Source: Pseudomonadota bacterium
Lineage (GTDB): Bacteria > Bdellovibrionota > Bdellovibrionia > Bdellovibrionales > SG-bin7
NCBI GenBank assembly: GCA_034439715.1
Contig: JAWXAY010000029.1
Coordinates: forward strand, 1-64,000
Reading direction: 5' to 3'
Length of the DNA stretch: 64,000 nt
Position numbers and translations under genes: made by a program. Positions 58,631-64,000 of this stretch are shown here, in pieces. The notes below the pieces were generated by a model. It saw nothing but the letters and a program-made list of their open reading frames with translations, ran no database searches and was not told the DNA's origin. Numbering within the stretch: position 1 is the first letter of the stretch; every line of letters begins with the position of its first letter.

Positions 58631-59070
58631 AATCTCTTGTCAAATACGATCATGAGTTTACCTATCAAATAACGAATGGCACCGCCTCGACTTTTGTAAA
58701 CTAGAATATCACTAACGGTACCGGTCTCATGGTCAAAAACAAAAATTAGATCCCACTTAGTTTGACCATCAGTATAAACTTCATATGTTAAGTTAGTATC
58801 ATAGTTGTAATATTCTCCCGTTGGTGACCCCAGATCACTCCTAACTTGATCTCCCGTTTTTCCAATAAAATACTTTTTGCTAATCAAATCAGCGACAAAA
58901 ACCGCCTTGTCATTTGCTGCTGCCTCACGGAACTGATGAGCAATAAAAGGAGAGTTCCCCCAATACAATTGAGCCTCCCAGCCAAACATGTATCTATCAA
59001 ACCGATATGCCATAAACCCCACGAGAGCTAAAAACACAGGTGTTAACGTAATAATAGTAAACAGCCTCAT
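58627..59070 (-). CDS. Membrane-anchored small protein with SmpA/BLIP-like motif (immunity-like)
   Basis: N-terminal TM; IGKTGDQVRSDLGSP. ATG lies 4 nt after the upstream stop. Confidence 0.65.
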   Translation of the reverse strand: MRLFTIITLTPVFLALVGFMAYRFDRYMFGWEAQLYWGNSPFIAHQFREAAANDKAVFVADLISKKYFIGKTGDQVRSDLGSPTGEYYNYDTNLTYEVYTDGQTKWDLIFVFDHETGTVSDILVYKSRGGAIRYLIGKLMIVFDKRF

Positions 59071-59074
59071 CGCT

Positions 59075-59899
59075 CTAGTAAGACGAATCATCTGGAATTT
59101 TACCTGAAGGTCGGAGTACAACTAAATCTTTATTTTTAAGACTTTTAAGAGCTAAAAGATAGAGTTCATCGGCAGTAAATTTATCCCCCAGGCTTAATGC
59201 AGCCTCAACACCTTTTTTATTATTAAACAGATCCATTTGTTGGCTTGGCGATAGGACTTCCTGCTCGCTTTCATGAGCATCTAAATAACGTTCAGCAAGT
59301 GTCTGTCCTAAACCATTAGTTAAAAAACCCGCCCATACAAAATGGCGAAAGGCATCGGCCTCACCGTCTACGCTTCCCTTTTCAAAAAGGCGACCCATGG
59401 CGTAGTCGCTTCGGAACTGGTACCAAGCCACAAGAAGGGACTCATAAGGATACTTTCGTACTAACGACTGTTCCCGGGGTTTCAATTTTGGATACAGAGT
59501 ACCCAAGCGACCTAAAGTTGTTTTAAAAAATTCATTGAGTCTCTTAGCGTAGTAATCCACATCGCCGATTACAGATGCCAATGCGATACGCTGAACATCC
59601 GGTCTTAATGGTTTTAGATAGTAATCACTTAGATCGATTGTTTGCGTGGCATCTGACGGATTGTAAATACTAAGCATTTGTGTCTCGAAACCTTTGCTAC
59701 TGCTTCTAACAATTAAATTCTTTTCTGGCACCTTAGAGAAAAGATTCTCGCTCGGCAATACATGAGTCGATCGTATACCTTCTATGTTATTTTTGAACTG
59801 GGAAAAGTCATAGTATTTGCCTTTAATAAGTTCAAAAGCGCCTTCCAAGTCCGATCCACTTACTTTATTGAGTATTGAAATTCCAGCGTCTAATACTTT
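59075..59899 (-). pseudogene. 5'-truncated gene with DUF6973/SAA-like C-terminal domain
   Basis: DAFRHFVW...HE...MDLFNNKKG. The frame stays open past TTG 59848 (KVLDAGISILNKVSGSD) to a TAA at the element boundary (59900-59902); no clear RBS or ATG. Confidence 0.6.
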
Positions 59900-59900
59900 T

Positions 59901-60098
59901 TAAACTGATACCCTTTAGTGGTATGGATCCTCTCTCACGCGTCGAAAAGTTCAGTAAACTCAGCGACTTCTCGGACTCCTTGTGGTCCAAATACACGTAA
60001 GTGTATTTGGAGAGCAACGAGAGGACATAAGCTCTTTAAATTTGTGAGTTTTTCGAGGCGCTAGATCTAAGCCATACCCAACAAAGGGTATCAGTTTA
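59901..60098. mobile_element. 198-bp palindromic MITE-like element / structured RNA
   Basis: Perfect 16-bp terminal inverted repeat TAAACTGATACCCTTT / AAAGGGTATCAGTTTA; nested inner arms; central 11-bp hairpin with GTAA loop. Confidence 0.75.
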
Positions 60099-60104
60099 CG
60101 CTCT

Positions 60105-60344
60105 TTAAACTTCGATGTTAATATTAATTTCGCTATCTAAGGTAGCGACTTTAAATTGTAGGGGCCTAACAGAACTAACCACCCACAAAACTTCGTCCCC
60201 AATTTTATAAGAATGATTTGAAAGATTTTTAATTCGCGCCAGATCACCAGAAAAATTAGCCACAACCTCTCCGTCACAGGGTATTTCAATAATACGCGCC
60301 AGGATTTTTTGCCCGAGTTTTAAAAACGGCAGGATATGTTTCAT
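60105..60344 (-). CDS. Small hypothetical protein, OB/S1-like beta fold
   Basis: ATGA overlap with the upstream gene; LGQKILARI...YKIGDEV...V. Confidence 0.65.
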   Translation of the reverse strand: MKHILPFLKLGQKILARIIEIPCDGEVVANFSGDLARIKNLSNHSYKIGDEVLWVVSSVRPLQFKVATLDSEININIEV

Positions 60345-60943
60345 TTGGGCGCAGCCTGCCCCAGCGCCTCGCGATATCGATTGCCAAGCGACTCGAGTTC
60401 TTTACCTTCTTCGGGATCGACTTTGACAGCTGGGGGCTGGGCCCAGGCGGGCAATTGCGCCTCGTTAAATACCAAATTGTCTTTGTTCACTTTACTAATA
60501 AATGAAATCTCGGCAAGGGGTAGATCAATTTTATGTGAAATTTCGTGTGCAGAAAGTCCTTGGTTGGCCAATTTTGCCGCTGCAACATATTTTTGTGTAC
60601 GTTGCCTTTCGATTATTTCATCATGCGGAATTTTATCTTGAAATATTTCAGCAACTGTCAAACTTTTCTGAATGGATTGTTCGATAAGCTGTACTTGCTT
60701 TTCACTTTCACTCACTGACTTATTGAGATCCCGACACTTGCGATCGAGAAGCGCCGAAAGTTGGCTCACTTGCGTGTCGGTTTTGTCAGAAAGATCTTCG
60801 AGCACCGCAATTTTGCTTTGTAAAAGCTGTAGTCCACGACTGAGCCTGGGATCTTCTTTGGGCGGACGGCTAAATTTCATCCACAGAAGCCATAGGCCCA
60901 AAGCAAAACCCACATCGATAGCTACCTGTAATATCGTCAGCAT
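60341..60943 (-). CDS. Membrane-anchored coiled-coil + HTH protein (DUF2802-like)
   Basis: N-terminal TM, coiled coil, YVAAAKLANQGLSAHEIS...LPLAEI. Confidence 0.75.
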   Translation of the reverse strand: MLTILQVAIDVGFALGLWLLWMKFSRPPKEDPRLSRGLQLLQSKIAVLEDLSDKTDTQVSQLSALLDRKCRDLNKSVSESEKQVQLIEQSIQKSLTVAEIFQDKIPHDEIIERQRTQKYVAAAKLANQGLSAHEISHKIDLPLAEISFISKVNKDNLVFNEAQLPAWAQPPAVKVDPEEGKELESLGNRYREALGQAAPK

Positions 60944-61006
60944 GTTGCAGCGCCCCTTTCTTAAATTATACCCAGTTAGAACGGCGCTCGCAACAAGACT
61001 AAAGTC

Positions 61007-62317
61007 TTACTTCTTTATCTCCTGTCTGAGTTCCATAGCTTGTGAGTTTGCGAAATCAGCATTAAAAATTCGCTTAGCAGTTAAAGTCACGATGACTTCA
61101 TTGCCATCTTCGAGATCGTCCACCTCGACATCAGGAAGCTGTGCAAGCTTTAAGGTAAATTCATTCTGGCCTTTGACAATAACGTTTTCAGGAATGACCC
61201 CCTCAAAAAGAGTTTTATTCCAAATGATGGGGCGCACTTTTTCAAACTTAACATGAAATTGAGTTGTCAGCATATCTGAGACTTGCCCTTCATCACTAAC
61301 ACGCGCCTCAAACGTAGATTCTACACCCGCAACTGATAGCTTTAATTTTTGCGCCTCTTCGGACCACATCACTTTGTTAAATGTCTCTCTATAAACATTA
61401 CTGGAATAATCAATTTGTGACTCATACCAAAGACCGCGACTCGCGCGAGAATAAACTTGTTGTGAATTGGCAGTTAAATACATTTTGGCTTCGCCAAACA
61501 AAGAAAGGGAGCGCGGCGAATTCCAAGCAAAAGTATACTTATAGTTTTTACCGCTAATAAATTCGTTGTAGGAATTACTGATGACAGAACCAGCTGCAAA
61601 TAACTGCTGTGCTCCGGATTTTTGTTGCCAAAGATTAACACTTAAAATGGGCTCGCTGCCTAAAAGATCCTTAAAAGAAATCGCTGCCTCTCGGCTTTCG
61701 GGTGGAAGAGGATTAAGACTAGGTATTAAAGTGAGTGCGCCCCAAGCACCATCGGAACCGTTGCTGCCAATAACCCTACCATTAGATCCGCTATCACCAT
61801 CGCGACAAGAATAATAGGTGTCGGTACACTTTCCGTCATTGGTACACTTTCGCACTTTCCACTGAGAGAGCGAACAGTGACAACCTCTGCCGCCATGACC
61901 AGCGCGACCACTACGACCGCCTTGCCCTCCATCAGAAATTACCGAAATACGCGAAATATTTTTTATGTCGTCAGTATAAATGATGACATTCCCACCATGG
62001 CCGCCGCCACCCCCTTGACCGGCATCTCCGCCAGAGCCGCCGTGGGCACCCGTTAAATTGTATTCGACATTATAGGGTTGATTGCAGGAACTTGCATCTT
62101 GCCCGTCTTCGGCATCCCGACCGTCTTCACCGCTTTGACCACTCAAATTTAAATTTAATACCTGCCCAGTTGCTTGAATTGTTGCCATTTGGCCATCGCG
62201 ACCATCACGACCACCACTTCCCGAGCTGCCGCTTCGTCCTGAACTCCCAAAATGCGAAGCATAAAGATCCAGTGTTAGGAATAAAAGTGCGGCAAAAATA
62301 AATTTCGGTAGTGTCAT
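61007..62317 (-). CDS. Secreted Gly-rich collagen-like repeat protein
   Basis: GAGG RBS, signal peptide, G-X-X runs separated by beta strands and Cys-containing segments. Confidence 0.8.
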   Translation of the reverse strand: MTLPKFIFAALLFLTLDLYASHFGSSGRSGSSGSGGRDGRDGQMATIQATGQVLNLNLSGQSGEDGRDAEDGQDASSCNQPYNVEYNLTGAHGGSGGDAGQGGGGGHGGNVIIYTDDIKNISRISVISDGGQGGRSGRAGHGGRGCHCSLSQWKVRKCTNDGKCTDTYYSCRDGDSGSNGRVIGSNGSDGAWGALTLIPSLNPLPPESREAAISFKDLLGSEPILSVNLWQQKSGAQQLFAAGSVISNSYNEFISGKNYKYTFAWNSPRSLSLFGEAKMYLTANSQQVYSRASRGLWYESQIDYSSNVYRETFNKVMWSEEAQKLKLSVAGVESTFEARVSDEGQVSDMLTTQFHVKFEKVRPIIWNKTLFEGVIPENVIVKGQNEFTLKLAQLPDVEVDDLEDGNEVIVTLTAKRIFNADFANSQAMELRQEIKK

Positions 62318-62361
62318 AGTGTCCCTCGTTTTAGTAAAAAGTTATTATTTTTTAGTCCAAA

Positions 62362-63567
62362 CTACTTTCTTGCAACGTCGATGCCAGCACAAAATCGCAC
62401 CATCCGAACTACCGCTTCCTCTAATTTTTTTTCATTCAAGGCGTAGCTGACGCGAATGTATCCCTCTAGACCAAAGGATAGCCCATCAACCGTCGCTACT
62501 AAAAAATCTTCTAAAAGTATTTTTACAAAGTCCTGAGAGCCTGAAATTTCTTTACCCTGCCATTTTTTACCTATGAACTTTCTGATATCCAGCCAAAAAT
62601 AAAAAGCTCCGGAAGGTATAGAAAAATCAAGGCCTTCAATTGAACGAAGTTTTTCGGCAAAAAAATCGCGACGCTTTTTTAATTTGACTACAGCGTGCTG
62701 AATTTCTTGGTCGGCGTTTTTAATTCCTTCTAGGGCCGCCACCTGCGAAATCGATGCAGCACAACTGACCGTCTGGCTTTGATAAACATTCATGCCCGCG
62801 ATCCACCACTTAGGACCCAAAGCCCAGCCTACACGCCAACCCGTCATAGAGTAGGACTTTGAAACACCGCTGACCACCAATACGCGGTCTCTCAGGCGTG
62901 GCTCCACTTGCAAAATGTGCGGTGCCACATTGGCCTCAAAATAAAGACGATTGTAAATATCATCGGTCAGCACAAACACGTGCGGATTTTTTAGAAGCAC
63001 TTGAGCCAACTCTCGAAGCTCGTCTTCAGAGTAAGTCTCGCCGGTAGGATTACTAGGTGAATTGATAATCAAAACTTTAGTTTTTCGCGAGATTGATTCT
63101 TCAAGGTGCTTGGCAGTTAATTTAAATCCACTTTTTTTTTCGCAAACAATGATTTTGGATTTACCCTCGCACAGCTGCACCATGTCGGGGTAGCTTACCC
63201 AATAGGGCGCTGGAATTAGTATTTCGTCGCCCGGATTACAAACTGATTGAAGCGCGCTAAAAATAATAAACTTACCGCCAGTGGAGACTGTCGCTTCGCT
63301 CAGCTCATATTTAACACCCGTCTCTATGAGCGTTTGATTAATAATAGCTTGTCGCAATTCAGGATAGCCTTCGGTCGGAGCATATTTTGTTTTACCCATC
63401 TCAATGGCTTGCACTCCACCCACTTTAGCTGCAGGAAATGTATCCCAATCGGGCTCTCCAACGGTTAAGGAAATTACGTCCTTGCCTTCTGCGGCCATGG
63501 CCTTAGCTTTCGCTGAAAGCGCTAAAGTCGGAGAGGGTCTTAGAGATTTAATTCTGTCGGATAACAT
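62362..63567 (-). CDS. aspC: PLP-dependent class I aminotransferase (aspartate aminotransferase)
   Basis: GEPD, PYWVSY, NSPSNPTG, DDIY, SKSYSMTGWRVG. Confidence 0.9.
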   Translation of the reverse strand: MLSDRIKSLRPSPTLALSAKAKAMAAEGKDVISLTVGEPDWDTFPAAKVGGVQAIEMGKTKYAPTEGYPELRQAIINQTLIETGVKYELSEATVSTGGKFIIFSALQSVCNPGDEILIPAPYWVSYPDMVQLCEGKSKIIVCEKKSGFKLTAKHLEESISRKTKVLIINSPSNPTGETYSEDELRELAQVLLKNPHVFVLTDDIYNRLYFEANVAPHILQVEPRLRDRVLVVSGVSKSYSMTGWRVGWALGPKWWIAGMNVYQSQTVSCAASISQVAALEGIKNADQEIQHAVVKLKKRRDFFAEKLRSIEGLDFSIPSGAFYFWLDIRKFIGKKWQGKEISGSQDFVKILLEDFLVATVDGLSFGLEGYIRVSYALNEKKLEEAVVRMVRFCAGIDVARK

Positions 63568-64000
63568 GTAGTTTTTCTTTCAAGGCCTGAGATACATTGG
63601 GCGGCACAAAGGCTTTTAAATCTCCACCAAATTGGGCAATTTCTTTGATTGCCGAAGAGGCAATAAACTGAAACTCAGCATTTGGAAATAAAACCAAAGT
63701 TTCAATATCAGGGGCCAGACGTTTATTCATCTGTGCTATGACAATTTCATTTTCAAAGTCATTGGCAGAGCGTACCCCGCGGACCATCACTTGGGCATGG
63801 ACTTTTTTTAAAAACTCGGTTGTGAGTCCCACGTGAGTTTGCACTTCCACATTTTTAATATGTGTCAGGGCTTTTTCGATGAGAGTCCGCCGCTCAGCGG
63901 CCGAAAAAATATAGGTTTTTTTACTAGAATGCGAGACCAGCACAATGAGTTTATCAAAAACTTTTGAAACACGTTGGATGATATCCAAATGTCCAAGGGT
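63548..64000 (-). CDS. coaD: Phosphopantetheine adenylyltransferase (5' end outside the window)
   Basis: TLGHLDII, RGVR...DFENE, SSAIKEIA..GGD...VP. Confidence 0.95.
   Translation of the reverse strand, partial: TLGHLDIIQRVSKVFDKLIVLVSHSSKKTYIFSAAERRTLIEKALTHIKNVEVQTHVGLTTEFLKKVHAQVMVRGVRSANDFENEIVIAQMNKRLAPDIETLVLFPNAEFQFIASSAIKEIAQFGGDLKAFVPPNVSQALKEKLHVIRQN

Noticed and set aside
59901..60098. 6S RNA or CRISPR call for the palindromic element
   Set aside because: Size and rod shape fit 6S, but the perfect TA-ended TIRs, the gene truncation and the lack of zapA/ygfA context argue against it (not excluded without cmscan). No repeat-spacer periodicity was seen anywhere in the window.

Overview
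This is an AT-rich bacterial chromosomal window. The gene order (pal-DUF4398-cpoB-tsaD-rsmA-smpB; glmU-glmS next to a sigma54 regulator) and the FliA-type promoters suggest Bdellovibrionota, but this is inference only. Housekeeping genes (glmS, glmU, tsaC, purD, thiolase, gcdH, prfC, rluB-like, smpB, rsmA, tsaD, cpoB, pal, aspartate aminotransferase, coaD) are interleaved with a roughly 38 kb strand-alternating surface-glycan region. That region holds a mini-Wza, Wzy/WaaL-like, Wzc, WecA, PglK-like ABC, 8 glycosyltransferases, 2 epimerases, 4 methyltransferases, an O-acetyltransferase, 2 alkaline-phosphatase-superfamily transferases and a GDPD. Highlights: (1) WecA carries a C-terminal degenerate GGDEF-like domain. 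(2) FliA (sigma28) promoters sit in front of wzc, probably wecA, a 7-repeat propeller lipoprotein and a small gene. (3) A pseudo-histidine kinase with an intact H-box but eroded ATP-binding boxes pairs with a FleQ-like sigma54 activator that has FleQ-box-like sites over its own promoter. (4) Several genes look leaderless. (5) A peptidase-propeller-Omp85 fusion is divergent from pal. (6) A 198-bp palindromic MITE-like element abuts a 5'-truncated DUF6973-like gene. No rRNA, tRNA, CRISPR array or transposase was recognised. All family calls come from motif recognition by eye, not from database searches.
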